A stretch of 64,000 nucleotides of DNA from Candidatus Moraniibacteriota bacterium. GTDB taxonomy: Bacteria; Patescibacteriota; Minisyncoccia; Moranbacterales; UBA1568. Location of the stretch: the NCBI GenBank assembly GCA_016699875.1, contig CP064989.1, forward strand, positions 584,788 through 648,787. The letters run 5' to 3'. Position numbers and translations under genes: made by a program. This document shows positions 1 to 9,966 of this stretch, in pieces. Position 1 is the first letter of the stretch. Every line of letters starts with the position of its first letter. The notes under the pieces are model-generated. The model was not told where the DNA came from and searched no databases. It saw only the letters and a program-made list of their open reading frames with translations.

Positions 1-1378
1 ATACGCGATACTTTCCATCGCCGAAGATATCCTTGAAGTCTTTGAGTGGAAGCGACACCGTATACGCAAAGAGAAAGAGCCAGACAAATGAAGTCGGAAG
101 ACGAGCAATAGTCCCATCCGGAGAGAAAAGTAAAAATCCCAGAAAGAGGACTGTCAGACTCGCAACCGCGCTCACAAACGAGGCAAGTATCGGGAACCGC
201 TTGAGCCGAAAGGGCGGCGCAGAATAGACCCAAGCGATCACCTGATACAAAAGAAGTAGTAAGGCACTCTTCACACTAACCATGGCCAACAGAAAAATCG
301 ATGCCACAAAGAAGCTCACACCGATAAACCCGTAGAGCTCTCGCGATATATCGCCAGCAACTAATGGCCGGGAGCGATTGGTTCTCTGGTCTATTTCTTC
401 ATCAAAAAAGTCATTGACGACAACCGAAGCAAGCCATGCCAACACCACGCCGACAACCACCAAGAGAAGCGCGAGCGCATCGAAAAACCCAAGAGCTGTG
501 AACATAGCAGGCGAAGTCGCTAAAACCATCGAGAGACCGATACCCGTACAAAGAAGTCCGCTATGATACACCACTTGCGGCAGTCGAGCATTGCGAAAGA
601 GCGCGAGAAATATCTTCCTGTGCGATAGAAATAGCCAAAACCCGAAAACAACCGGGAAGAGTCCGCCATACAACAGGCTCATTTTTACATTCAATACCGA
701 CCGGGGATCCGTAATTGTGTGTGAGAAAAGCGAAAGTGGCGATAAAAAAATCGCCGCTACATCGGGAGAACGGAGCGCCCATTGTCCCCGAGCAATGCCA
801 TCAATGAGAATCGCCGCCCATGAAGGAAACGTACCGAGAAAGAAAAGGAGAGTGTACGCAGAAAGTGCTGAGAGGAGCGATCTCACAGCCCGACGCGTCT
901 TCCAGAGCACATACAGTCCAAAACCTACCGACACGAACGCGACTTCAACACGAACGCCATACGTAATTCCCATGTCCGGACGATCTCCGAAAAAAGTGAG
1001 GTATCGCTCAACAAGGCCGGAAAATCCATCGAAGATGTAAAAACTCCACAATCCCGTCCCGTCAGAAATAACAAAATCGATAATCGGCGGCGCAAGGATG
1101 ATCAGAAATCCGAAGAGGAGTATATTCGATGCCATTCGCAGAGAAATACGTGCAAAATACCGGACTATCGGGAGAAATAGAAGGAATGAGAGGAGAAAAA
1201 ACAGAACATTGTGTGTCCATTCAGAAAAAAGAAACCCGGCAGGAAGACTCTCAAAACCGAAAAGCCACGACTCTACCAAGAGTCGAAGGGTGATAAGACT
1301 GAAAAAAGCGGCCAGCCACAAGCCAAGATTCGTCTTGGATTCCTCAATCGCCAAAAGAAGCATTCTCAAGTATTTCAT
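1..1378 (-). CDS. UbiA-family prenyltransferase, partial (C-terminus beyond window start), with a ~290-aa N-terminal polytopic membrane extension
   Basis: Manual reverse-strand translation gives one uninterrupted hydrophobic ORF from ATG at 1378 down to position 1. It contains the UbiA motif 'NDFFDEEIDQRTNRSRPLVAGDIS' (NDxxDxxxD). It is missing from the ORF track because it runs off the window edge. The plus-strand ORFs 33..1430 are its basic, low-complexity antisense shadows. Confidence 0.55.
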   Translation of the reverse strand, partial: MKYLRMLLLAIEESKTNLGLWLAAFFSLITLRLLVESWLFGFESLPAGFLFSEWTHNVLFFLLSFLLFLPIVRYFARISLRMASNILLFGFLIILAPPIIDFVISDGTGLWSFYIFDGFSGLVERYLTFFGDRPDMGITYGVRVEVAFVSVGFGLYVLWKTRRAVRSLLSALSAYTLLFFLGTFPSWAAILIDGIARGQWALRSPDVAAIFLSPLSLFSHTITDPRSVLNVKMSLLYGGLFPVVFGFWLFLSHRKIFLALFRNARLPQVVYHSGLLCTGIGLSMVLATSPAMFTALGFFDALALLLVVVGVVLAWLASVVVNDFFDEEIDQRTNRSRPLVAGDISRELYGFIGVSFFVASIFLLAMVSVKSALLLLLYQVIAWVYSAPPFRLKRFPILASFVSAVASLTVLFLGFLLFSPDGTIARLPTSFVWLFLFAYTVSLPLKDFKDIFGDGKYRV

Positions 1379-1442
1379 ACGCGAAGCATACCAAACCGAA
1401 AGCCTCTCGCGCAATTTCCGGCAACCGTGATAGAGTGAATCC

Positions 1443-3680
1443 ATGACTTCACTCAACACCTCCCTCAACCCGGAACAGCGCCGCGCCGTCGAAACCACCG
1501 AAGGCCCGGTACTCATCGTCGCCGGAGCCGGAAGCGGAAAAACAAAAACACTTACCCATCGCACAGCTCATCTCATCCTGGAAAAAGGAGTGGGGGCGCA
1601 GCACATCCTTGCCGTTACCTTCACCAACAAAGCCGCCGAAGAAATGCGTGAACGCGTACGATCGTTGCTCTCGACAGCGAAACATTCATCATCAAGAGGA
1701 AGCGGAGATGAAACCGCTCATCACACTGGTTTGCCGCATATCGGCACGTTTCACAGTATCTGTTCGCGAATTCTCCGCAAGGAAATTTCCGCCCTCGGGT
1801 ATAAAAATACATTTACTATCCTCGACAGCGACGACCAACTCTCTCTCATGAAGCGCGTCATGAAAACGCTCGAGATCGACCCAAAGAATATCCATCCGCG
1901 CGCATTGCTCGATGCCATCTCCCGAGCAAAAAACCAACTTCTCGACGAGCTCACCTTCGAATCCCAGGCCGGAAGTTATTACGAGGAACTGGTCGCCAAA
2001 GCCTACCGGCGATATCAAGAAGAGCTCCGCGGCAACCATACGCTCGACTTCGACGATCTGGTACGCCTCACCATACATTTGTTCCACACGCATCCGGAGA
2101 CACTTGAACACTACCGACGCCTCTTCCGGTACATCATGGTGGACGAATATCAAGACACCAATCACTCGCAATACACGCTGATTCATCTCCTCGCTGAAAA
2201 ACATCGCAATCTCTTTGCAATTGGAGACGACTACCAATCCATATATGGCTGGCGTCAAGCGGATATCCGAAATATTCTCAATTTCGAAAAAGATTACCCC
2301 GAAGCCGCTATTATTACCCTCGATCAAAACTACCGCTCCACACAGACCATACTCGACGCTGCCGGAAGCATCATAGCCAAAAATCCCAACCAACGTCACA
2401 AAAAACTCTGGACATCTCAAAAGGGCGGCGACAATATCGTCCTTTTCGAAGCCGAAGACGAACGCAATGAAGCGGAGTATGTCATCCAAACCATACGGTC
2501 AATCATCAAAGGCACAAACAAGTCGGAACGTAGATTCTCGGAATGCGCTATCCTCTATCGAACCAACGCGCAATCACGCGCAATCGAAGAAGCATGCCTC
2601 AACCATTCCATTCCCTATCGCATCATCGGCGGACTCAAGTTCTATGGTAGAAAAGAAGTAAAAGACGCCATTGCCTACCTCCGACTCATCTCGAATCCCT
2701 GGGACACGATTTCACTCGCACGAATCGCCAATGAGCCGCCGCGCGGAATCGGCAAAAAAACACTCGAATCATGGCTAACATCAGCCAAAGAGTCGAAAAC
2801 AGACCCCGTAACGCTGGCACGAGAAAATGATGGGAAACAGCTCAGTATAGCCACTTCCAAACAAAAATCCGCCGCACAGCTTGCCAACATCCTGCACGAA
2901 AACACTCAAAAACTTCCTGAAAACAGCTCTCTCTCCGCATTTCTCAAAGAACTTCTCGAAAGTGTTGGATACATTGCATCGCTGGAAGACGGCACAGAAG
3001 AAGGGGCGGCTCGATTAGAAAATGTCCGAGAACTTTTCTCGGTCGCAAAAAAATACGACGGAACGCCTCTGGAAAGAGCTGTCTCATCTTTTCTGGAAGA
3101 AATAGCACTCGTCTCCGACACAGATGCCATTGACGGCAATGAAAACGCCGTCCAGCTCATGACCGTCCACAGCGCCAAGGGGCTTGAATTTCCCTTTGTA
3201 TTCCTCGTCGGACTCGAAGAGGGCATTTTTCCACACTCAAGAAGCGCCCTCTCGCCAGCCGAACTCGAGGAAGAGCGTCGCCTCATGTATGTGGGCCTCA
3301 CACGAGCCAAAGAAAAAGCGTGGCTCATATCCGCCGAAACCCGCATGATATTCGGCTCGACACAGATGAACGCTCCCTCACGATTCATTAGTGAAATCCC
3401 AGAAAATCTTATCGAAACGGAAGAGCGGGTCAAGGAATTTACAAGGAGCGCATATGGAAAGATGCCGATACCAACATCAAACACATCTCATCGAACGGAT
3501 TCCGAAAAACCCCGCAATAAAACAACACCTGAAACCCTCCGTCCGGGAGACTCCATCACGCACCCAACATTCGGCAATGGTATCGTCATAAAAATAGAAG
3601 GAACGCTTGCTACTATAGCTTTCCGCACCAAGGGTATCAAAAAACTCGCCCTCGGAATCGCGCCAATTGAAAAGATATAA
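1443..3680 (+). CDS. uvrD: UvrD/PcrA-type superfamily-1 DNA helicase
   Basis: 745 aa. Walker A 'AGAGSGKTKTLTHR', motif 'VTFTNKAAEEM', 'MVDEYQDTN', 'TVHSAKGLEFPFVFL', 'VGLTRAKE'. Typical UvrD/PcrA order and length. Confidence 0.9.
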   Translation: MTSLNTSLNPEQRRAVETTEGPVLIVAGAGSGKTKTLTHRTAHLILEKGVGAQHILAVTFTNKAAEEMRERVRSLLSTAKHSSSRGSGDETAHHTGLPHIGTFHSICSRILRKEISALGYKNTFTILDSDDQLSLMKRVMKTLEIDPKNIHPRALLDAISRAKNQLLDELTFESQAGSYYEELVAKAYRRYQEELRGNHTLDFDDLVRLTIHLFHTHPETLEHYRRLFRYIMVDEYQDTNHSQYTLIHLLAEKHRNLFAIGDDYQSIYGWRQADIRNILNFEKDYPEAAIITLDQNYRSTQTILDAAGSIIAKNPNQRHKKLWTSQKGGDNIVLFEAEDERNEAEYVIQTIRSIIKGTNKSERRFSECAILYRTNAQSRAIEEACLNHSIPYRIIGGLKFYGRKEVKDAIAYLRLISNPWDTISLARIANEPPRGIGKKTLESWLTSAKESKTDPVTLARENDGKQLSIATSKQKSAAQLANILHENTQKLPENSSLSAFLKELLESVGYIASLEDGTEEGAARLENVRELFSVAKKYDGTPLERAVSSFLEEIALVSDTDAIDGNENAVQLMTVHSAKGLEFPFVFLVGLEEGIFPHSRSALSPAELEEERRLMYVGLTRAKEKAWLISAETRMIFGSTQMNAPSRFISEIPENLIETEERVKEFTRSAYGKMPIPTSNTSHRTDSEKPRNKTTPETLRPGDSITHPTFGNGIVIKIEGTLATIAFRTKGIKKLALGIAPIEKI

Positions 3681-3694
3681 CTTGCAACGAGCAC

Positions 3695-4621
3695 TTACTT
3701 CGAAATTTCCCGCCCTTTTCCATGGAATTTCTCATGCACTTCACGAAGTCCCTCATCGGTAACGTGCGTATAAATTTGCGTCGTCGTAATGGACGAATGC
3801 CCAAGAAGCGCTTGGACACTTCGAATATCCGCTCCGTTCCGCAAAAGATCCGTGGCAAAACTGTGTCGTAACGTATGCGGGTGCACCTCTTTAGTAAGAC
3901 CCGCTTTAGCCGCGAGTCGTGCCACGATCCGCTCAACCGTACGAACCGTAATGCGCGAATCCTCGGCCGTATTCTTGGCAAATCCGTGTTTCGTGGAGAC
4001 GAAGAGTGCCGGGTCGGCATCCTTGCGAGCATCCAGATATATTTGCAGCGCTCGCCGAGCGCGGTCCGACACAAACACCATACGAAGCTTTCCACCCTTT
4101 CCGCGAACACTCAACTCTCCCGCATCGAGATTTACCATCTCGCGATCAAGTGAAACCAATTCCGAAACACGCAAACCCGAAGAAAACAAGAATTCCAAAA
4201 GAGCGCGATCTCGGCGCGCGGTTTCACTCATGCCGCTCGCCGCCAGACACATCCGCTCAAACTCCTCCAGCTCCAAAAAATCCACCTGGCGTTCCGGAAC
4301 CTTGGCCGTTTCCACACGTTCCGGAGGCGCTGAGACAACACCTTCCTTTGCCAGATACCGAAGAAATCCACGCAAAACAACAATATGGTAGTTTTGTGTT
4401 GTTTTTTTGAGTTCTCCGCCGTGGACATTTTGCCTCCGATTCAAAAACAACCGATATTTTCGTATACTGTCAAGCGTGATATCCTTTGGTTCTCGCACGC
4501 TTCTCCATGAAAAAAAACTCCTAAGTACGCGATCATAGCTTTCTATTGTTTTCGGCGACCGACCCCGCTCAATTTCCATATATTCGAGAAACTTTGTCAC
4601 CAAACTCGATACATCCGGCAT
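3695..4621 (-). CDS. xerC: Tyrosine site-specific recombinase, XerC/XerD-like
   Basis: 308 aa. N-terminal SAM-like core-binding domain; C-terminal catalytic 'HPHTLRHSFATDLLRNGADIRSVQALLGHSSITTTQIYTHV' (R..HxxR..Y). Convergent with uvrD. Confidence 0.85.
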   Translation of the reverse strand: MPDVSSLVTKFLEYMEIERGRSPKTIESYDRVLRSFFSWRSVREPKDITLDSIRKYRLFLNRRQNVHGGELKKTTQNYHIVVLRGFLRYLAKEGVVSAPPERVETAKVPERQVDFLELEEFERMCLAASGMSETARRDRALLEFLFSSGLRVSELVSLDREMVNLDAGELSVRGKGGKLRMVFVSDRARRALQIYLDARKDADPALFVSTKHGFAKNTAEDSRITVRTVERIVARLAAKAGLTKEVHPHTLRHSFATDLLRNGADIRSVQALLGHSSITTTQIYTHVTDEGLREVHEKFHGKGREISK

Positions 4622-4730
4622 ACGCGCATACTGAAGATAAATACACTAAACCCCTTCAGTATACCACAGAGGAAATAATTAAATTTTGGCTTAAATAAGC
4701 TAAACTAAAGAAAAATAATCCAAAAATCCA

Positions 4731-4759
4731 TTGACAAGAGATGCGCCTCTTACTATACT
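4731..4759 (+). promoter_or_regulatory. Sigma70-like promoter (TTGACA, 17-bp spacer, TATACT) upstream of the LysM-CHAP gene
   Basis: TTGACA at 4731-4736, 17-nt spacer, TATACT at 4754-4759. Consensus match seen directly. Confidence 0.5.
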
Positions 4760-4848
4760 CAACCTTGCGTAAAAATCTTCGGTTTCGGCTCTGATGGGGC
4801 GCTTCTTTTTACTAAGCACCCCTAGGATGCGGAAGCAATTGAAAGGAC

Positions 4849-6051
4849 TTGCGTATCTCTACGCGCATTTTCAGGGGGTTATTTCGTATTTTCCGTGAGG
4901 GGCAGGAACTGCTTCACAAAGGAAATACTCACATTCACCGATTGCAAAGAAAGGGTGTTGTTTATCTCAAACAACACAAGACCGTTCGGATTCTCCACCT
5001 ATTTCGCCAGTATTCCGCACTCACCGTCGTTGTGTCGAGTGCTTTTCTCGTTACCGGAACCAACATTGCGACTCATGAGCGCCCCGGAAGCGCCCTTTCC
5101 GGCTACTTTCACACTGGAGACAATCCGAATGACCAGCAATTTCCCATGAAAAGCCAGGTCAAACGGGAAAATCTCGGAACCGCCCCGCTCGCCTTCGCCT
5201 CAAGCACCGTCGATACGGAAGCGAAACTCGAGGACCCATCGGAAATCAATTCTCCCAGCAACACCATTGTCGCCTCCGCAGATCTTGCTCCGGTTATACA
5301 AGAAGACCCCGAAGAAGGCGACGGTGTGAAGATTTACACCGTGCAAGAGGGTGATACCCTCGGAAAAATTGCCCAAGACCACCACATTACCGTAAATACT
5401 ATTCTCTGGGCTAATGATATAGAGAATGTCGATGAAATCCGCCCGGGCGACCAAATATTCATCCTCCCCATCGCAGGACTGAAATACATTGTTAAAGAAG
5501 GCGATACCATACAAGATATCGCCAAGAAATACCATGGCGACACCGAGCGCATAATCGCATTCAATAACCTCCCAGCAAACGGCCGACTCGAAACCGATCA
5601 AGAACTTATCATTCCCGACGGTTACAAAGACACACCCAAACCATCTTCCGATAGCATTCTCGATCGCCGACAATACGCCACTTCGAGCGGCGGAACAGCC
5701 ACAGATATCTCCGGCTGGCGAACACTGACCGGAAAGGCTGGGACCGGACACACCTTCCCTTACGGCTATTGCACCTGGTATGTCGCTCAAAATCGCTATG
5801 TTCCCTGGGGTGGCAACGCAGGAACATGGCTTTATAACGCCAAAGCTCTTGGATACAAGACCGGAAAATCCCCGCGAGTCGGCTCAATTGTTGTCACCAC
5901 GGAAAACCGCTACTACGGACATGTTGCTCTGGTGGAAAAGGTGCTCGATGACGCCATTATTGTAAGTGAAATGAACTATGTCGGCTGGGGAAAAACCGAT
6001 CGCCGTACCCTTTCCACTGCCAACAGAAGTATTAAAGGATACATCTACTAA
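4849..6051 (+). CDS. Peptidoglycan hydrolase with two LysM domains and a C-terminal CHAP domain
   Basis: LysM repeats 'YTVQEGDTLGKIAQDHHITVNTILWAN' and 'YIVKEGDTIQDIAKKYHGDTERIIAFN'. CHAP Cys/His 'GYCTWYVAQ...YYGHVALV'. N-terminal TM segment. Start uncertain (4849 or an internal Met). Confidence 0.8.
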   Translation: MRISTRIFRGLFRIFREGQELLHKGNTHIHRLQRKGVVYLKQHKTVRILHLFRQYSALTVVVSSAFLVTGTNIATHERPGSALSGYFHTGDNPNDQQFPMKSQVKRENLGTAPLAFASSTVDTEAKLEDPSEINSPSNTIVASADLAPVIQEDPEEGDGVKIYTVQEGDTLGKIAQDHHITVNTILWANDIENVDEIRPGDQIFILPIAGLKYIVKEGDTIQDIAKKYHGDTERIIAFNNLPANGRLETDQELIIPDGYKDTPKPSSDSILDRRQYATSSGGTATDISGWRTLTGKAGTGHTFPYGYCTWYVAQNRYVPWGGNAGTWLYNAKALGYKTGKSPRVGSIVVTTENRYYGHVALVEKVLDDAIIVSEMNYVGWGKTDRRTLSTANRSIKGYIY

Positions 6052-6083
6052 TTATTAGTATCCGAAAAATATTCCCACAGCGA

Positions 6084-6116
6084 AAAGCAACTCATCTTTA
6101 AAGAGTTGCTTTTTAT
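6084..6116 (+). terminator. Rho-independent terminator after the LysM-CHAP gene
   Basis: Stem 'aaagcaactc'/'gagttgcttt' (10 bp) with 9-nt loop, then T-run. Confidence 0.55.
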
Positions 6117-6162
6117 TATCACTTTGAGAGAAAAATTGCTCAGTTTTTTACTCACAAGAAAC

Positions 6163-6230
6163 TGTCCACAAATCAACACTTGTCACCCAACAGCGTCAAA
6201 ACAAGAGAAACTGTTCACATCCTGTGCACA
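6163..6230. promoter_or_regulatory. Cluster of three TGTNCACA motifs (TGTCCACA 6163, TGTTCACA 6212, TGTGCACA 6223), putative operator or DnaA-box-like sites
   Basis: Motifs seen directly. The last two are 11 bp apart (one helical turn). They lie in the 570-bp AT-rich spacer upstream of the T4SS-like operon. Confidence 0.3.
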
Positions 6231-6561
6231 ACCCCATGTTTCCTGGTGAAAAACTACGGATATACCCTGTGAATTACCCAAGCAACAAAGTGAGCAATCA
6301 GGTTATTTCACCCAAATGAATTCCAAATCAACAGCAACACTTGAGAATTCCACGAAAGTATATGCCATTAAAAAGCCCCCAACAAACCCATTTAATCTGT
6401 TTCTCCACTTCTCCACAGTACTAATAGTAATAAAAATTAAATATATATATAAAATTCATTATTCATTAAGTAGGGGGAGATAGGGTGAACAAATCTTTCT
6501 TTGTGCTAACACAAGAGTACTGGCATTTTCGTATACGACGTATTTGCTTTACATCTTTATT

Positions 6562-6588
6562 TTGAACTGAGAATTTTCGTGATATACT
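6562..6588 (+). promoter_or_regulatory. Candidate promoter (TTGAAC, 15 bp, extended -10 TGaTATACT) for the T4SS-like operon
   Basis: TTGAAC 6562-6567; 'tgatatact' with TATACT 6583-6588. Spacer is short (15 nt), compensated by the extended -10 TG. Confidence 0.35.
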
Positions 6589-6621
6589 TTCCACTGGAAC
6601 ACTGTCTTTGTTTTTCGATGT

Positions 6622-8673
6622 GTGAGAAAAAGAGGTAAAACAAAAAAATCATTTTTGTTTAATGCGATTCTCTTTCTTCAGAGTCACCCTGCTCTGTTTT
6701 TCGCTCTGCTTGCAGGGTGTTTTTTGTTGGTTCCGAGCGGTCAATTTGCTCAAGCTGGCTGGTTTGAGAATTTGGCATCGCCAAGAGCGTGGATTAATGC
6801 TCTTGTGTATCCGTTTTTTCTGTTTTTTTCGTGGATTGTAAATTTGGCGGCGGGAATTTTTGTGTGGGTGATTAATGCGGAAACTTTTACCAAGCTCATG
6901 AATGCGGGAGCTATTTATGAGGTATGGCTTATTGTTCGTGATTTTCTTAATATTTTCTTTATATTGGTACTTCTTTTCTCTGCTTTTGCCACGATATTTC
7001 AGTTGGACAAATATGAATACAAGCGAACTATACCGATGCTGGTTATTATGGCTCTTTTGGTGAATTTCAGTTTTCCGGTGGCGCGATTTGTGATTGATTT
7101 GGCAAATGTGCCGATGTATTTCTTTTCGCAGAATATTTTTGGTGTTGATGGCCCCAATGAGATTACCTCGGGAATATTAAGTGGTGCCAAGATGCAGAAC
7201 ATTCTTATTCCGGGGGTTGATGATAAGTCCTTGAAGGACTTTGAGACAACACACCTTCTTGCAGCGACTATTTGTATGTTTTTGTTTGGCATCTCTTTCT
7301 TGGTATTGTCGGTGCTGATGTTGGTTCGAATGATTGCGCTTGCTATTTTGGTGATGTTTTCGCCAATTGGTTTTGTGGGAATGATTACCCCGGCGCTCCA
7401 GGGCTTTGCAAAGGGCTGGTGGGATAAATTGTTCAAATGGGCATTTTACGGACCGATTGCAGTGATGTTTGTATTGGTGTCGGTTATTGTCATGAAATCG
7501 GCAGGAGACTCTATATATCCCACTGCAGGTGCGGGTGGCGCCTTTCAGTCTACAGGAAGTTCGGTGAATGATAATATGATATCTGCTGTTGCTTTCTTTA
7601 CGATTCCAATTGTGCTTTTTTGGATCGCTATTACCTCCACAGAAAAATACAGCAATGATATATCCGGCTTGGGAATAAAATGGGGATCACAATTGGGGAG
7701 AAAGGCCGGGAATTTGGTTAGAAAGGGTGCGGTAGGGACGGTTTTATATATTCCAAGGCAATCAGGAATTGTTGGTGGCGTGGAGAATGCTTGGAAAAAT
7801 AGAAAGTCTTGGTGGCTTGGAGGTAGAGAATCAAAGGAGGCTCGGGAGAGGCGAGAAGCTGGGTGGGAAGGATTATTTGGAAGTGCCTCTCATCCTGTAG
7901 AAGGTGTACGAAAGGCTTTGGATGAAAATACACGAAAAAGGGTTCATGAACTTGCTGAAAAAAATAAAAAGGATAATCGTTCGTATGCTGATCTTCAAAG
8001 GGATCTTGAGTCTAAAGATGAAATCAAAAAACGAGCTGCAGCAATTACTATGGCGGACAAGGAGATGTTTGAAAGTGCTGAGGATTTTTCAAGAGCACTT
8101 GAAGCTGCTGGTGGTGATATTGACAGTATAACTAAGATTGTACGAAAAGCTCCTAAAGAAATGTTGCGGTCGGGAGATGACCTTGCAAAGGTGCTTGAAG
8201 CAGTAAATACTGCAACGTCAAAGATACCAGGAATGCGACCGGTTGCTCAGGCTCAAATAAAATCTCAACTTATTGATAAGGCGGGAAGTGGAGCTCTTCC
8301 ATCGGCGGATACTATTGGTGGTGCTCAGTATAGGAAGATTCTTAAATCTTTGGGGGGTGATTCAACTCTTGAAAAGACCTTGGAAGGGAAGATGAAAAAG
8401 GAAGGACGATTGAGGGCGGTTCTTGAGTATAGGTTGGGAGAAGCTGGTACGGATGCAACAAAGAGGCAAATGGCATACGAAACAACATTTGGGAAACTTG
8501 ATTCGGAAAATCTTGGGAAGCAAGGGGGATTAATTGGTGATTCTGGTTTCAGAGATTATTTCAAGGGGAGAATGAAGAGTGGAGAGTACAATGACGACTT
8601 TCTTGAGGGATACTTGCGATATACTGGTGGAGGAAATAGGAAATCTTTCGAGAGACATGTTACTTCCCCATAA
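6622..8673 (+). CDS. VirB6/TrbL-like polytopic membrane protein with a charged C-terminal soluble domain
   Basis: 683 aa, GTG start. About 8 TM helices in the first 330 aa, then a K/E-rich hydrophilic tail. Position is first in an operon with VirB3/VirB4-like genes. Confidence 0.45.
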   Translation: MRKRGKTKKSFLFNAILFLQSHPALFFALLAGCFLLVPSGQFAQAGWFENLASPRAWINALVYPFFLFFSWIVNLAAGIFVWVINAETFTKLMNAGAIYEVWLIVRDFLNIFFILVLLFSAFATIFQLDKYEYKRTIPMLVIMALLVNFSFPVARFVIDLANVPMYFFSQNIFGVDGPNEITSGILSGAKMQNILIPGVDDKSLKDFETTHLLAATICMFLFGISFLVLSVLMLVRMIALAILVMFSPIGFVGMITPALQGFAKGWWDKLFKWAFYGPIAVMFVLVSVIVMKSAGDSIYPTAGAGGAFQSTGSSVNDNMISAVAFFTIPIVLFWIAITSTEKYSNDISGLGIKWGSQLGRKAGNLVRKGAVGTVLYIPRQSGIVGGVENAWKNRKSWWLGGRESKEARERREAGWEGLFGSASHPVEGVRKALDENTRKRVHELAEKNKKDNRSYADLQRDLESKDEIKKRAAAITMADKEMFESAEDFSRALEAAGGDIDSITKIVRKAPKEMLRSGDDLAKVLEAVNTATSKIPGMRPVAQAQIKSQLIDKAGSGALPSADTIGGAQYRKILKSLGGDSTLEKTLEGKMKKEGRLRAVLEYRLGEAGTDATKRQMAYETTFGKLDSENLGKQGGLIGDSGFRDYFKGRMKSGEYNDDFLEGYLRYTGGGNRKSFERHVTSP

Positions 8674-8703
8674 GTTGCATTAAGCGTGTTACAGGTTGTA
8701 CCT

Positions 8704-9930
8704 ATGGATGACGCTGAAAATTCAAAAAAAAGAAGAGTATGTCGTCCCATGCTGACCAATATTGACTTCTTTGGAAAAGAGCTTTCCGAGAGTGAATTTA
8801 ATGGTTTGTGGGGAATTTTCGATACCCTCTCGGAGGAAGTAAAAGATATTTTGACGACGCCAGAAATGTCGCGAAGAATTGAGTTGCTTCAAAAAGAACG
8901 AGGCCTTTCGGACGAGCATATTGAAATTATCTCGGCGATTATCCGTGAATATTTTCTTCGGAATAAAGATGTAATCTGGCTTCAGGATGCTCTCACGCGC
9001 AGACTTGATCAGAAAGACGTGGTATTTGTGAAAGAGTATATTCAAAAGAATATTCTTACGATTAAGCCAGTTCCTAGGGTGCTGTCAGAAAATGATGGGT
9101 CTTCGGCGGTGCAAATTGTCCAACTTCCGCTTCTGGATGCATTGGCGAAGTATCAGCGGCTGTCGGAGCAAACAGTGACGGATGATCGTATCAGTGTGAA
9201 GGGGGAATCTGCGCCGGTTCGGGGGTCGATTCGGAATTGGTTGCGGCACTATCGTGATGCGGTGGGTATTCGAAAGCACTCGACAATGGAACGAGGGCAA
9301 TTTCTCTTTCAGGGAGAGAATACGAGGCGACTGTCTGCTCAGGATCGGGAAAAAGTATCTTTTCTTCTCAAGGCGCTCGATGAAAATACCCCAGTGCCAA
9401 TTGATAGCAATCGTCAAGAACTGATGTTTCCCGCGTTTCAAGATCGGGGAAGCGTCAGTACGCAACCGGTGACGGAGACTTCTGTTCCGGCGCTCGAGAC
9501 ATCATTTCGTCCATTGGAAAAGTTTCCAGCACAGGCGGCGCCTATTCAGAAGGCGCTTGAATGGAAATCGAAAGAGAAAAAAGAAAATATACCAAATCAA
9601 CCCCCTCAGCCCGGTGGAATATCCGCCCCGGTGTATGCTTCAGTCGCACCTTTTCAGTCAAAAGCTCCCGCTAAAGGGGGTATGAGTTTCAGCTCGAGCC
9701 ATGTGCTGCCGCATGAGAAGGAACAGGAAGCAACGAAGAGTCGACAGAATTCAATTTCACATGTGTCGGAGAGTTCTCGCGATCCGGAAGCAATTAGTGT
9801 CATTCGACCTCGCAGAAGTCTTCATGGTGCTCAGCGGGAGTCTGAATGGTCTCAGGGAAGTGGCTCTGACGCTTCTCGTGTGGTAAACTTACGGAGTTCG
9901 AGAGAGAAGAATATTCAAGGAAAGGTATAG
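8704..9930 (+). CDS. Hypothetical soluble protein (Ser/Pro-rich C-terminus) in the T4SS-like operon
   Basis: ORF 8686..9930; the ATG at 8704 ('MDDAENSKK') is the more likely start. No recognisable motif. Confidence 0.5.
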   Translation: MDDAENSKKRRVCRPMLTNIDFFGKELSESEFNGLWGIFDTLSEEVKDILTTPEMSRRIELLQKERGLSDEHIEIISAIIREYFLRNKDVIWLQDALTRRLDQKDVVFVKEYIQKNILTIKPVPRVLSENDGSSAVQIVQLPLLDALAKYQRLSEQTVTDDRISVKGESAPVRGSIRNWLRHYRDAVGIRKHSTMERGQFLFQGENTRRLSAQDREKVSFLLKALDENTPVPIDSNRQELMFPAFQDRGSVSTQPVTETSVPALETSFRPLEKFPAQAAPIQKALEWKSKEKKENIPNQPPQPGGISAPVYASVAPFQSKAPAKGGMSFSSSHVLPHEKEQEATKSRQNSISHVSESSRDPEAISVIRPRRSLHGAQRESEWSQGSGSDASRVVNLRSSREKNIQGKV

Positions 9931-9966
9931 TGTTTTCTTGGAGAATTACCGAGAAGTATCTTATAT

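Noticed and set aside
33-1430. Four plus-strand ORFs (33..227, 378..566, 591..1040, 1098..1430) listed by the ORF track
   Set aside because: Arg/Lys/Ser-rich, low-complexity products. They are antisense to a long, motif-bearing (UbiA) membrane-protein ORF on the minus strand, so they are shadow ORFs.
1692-2489. 265-aa minus-strand ORF inside uvrD
   Set aside because: Antisense to a well-supported helicase gene; no motif; typical overlap artefact.
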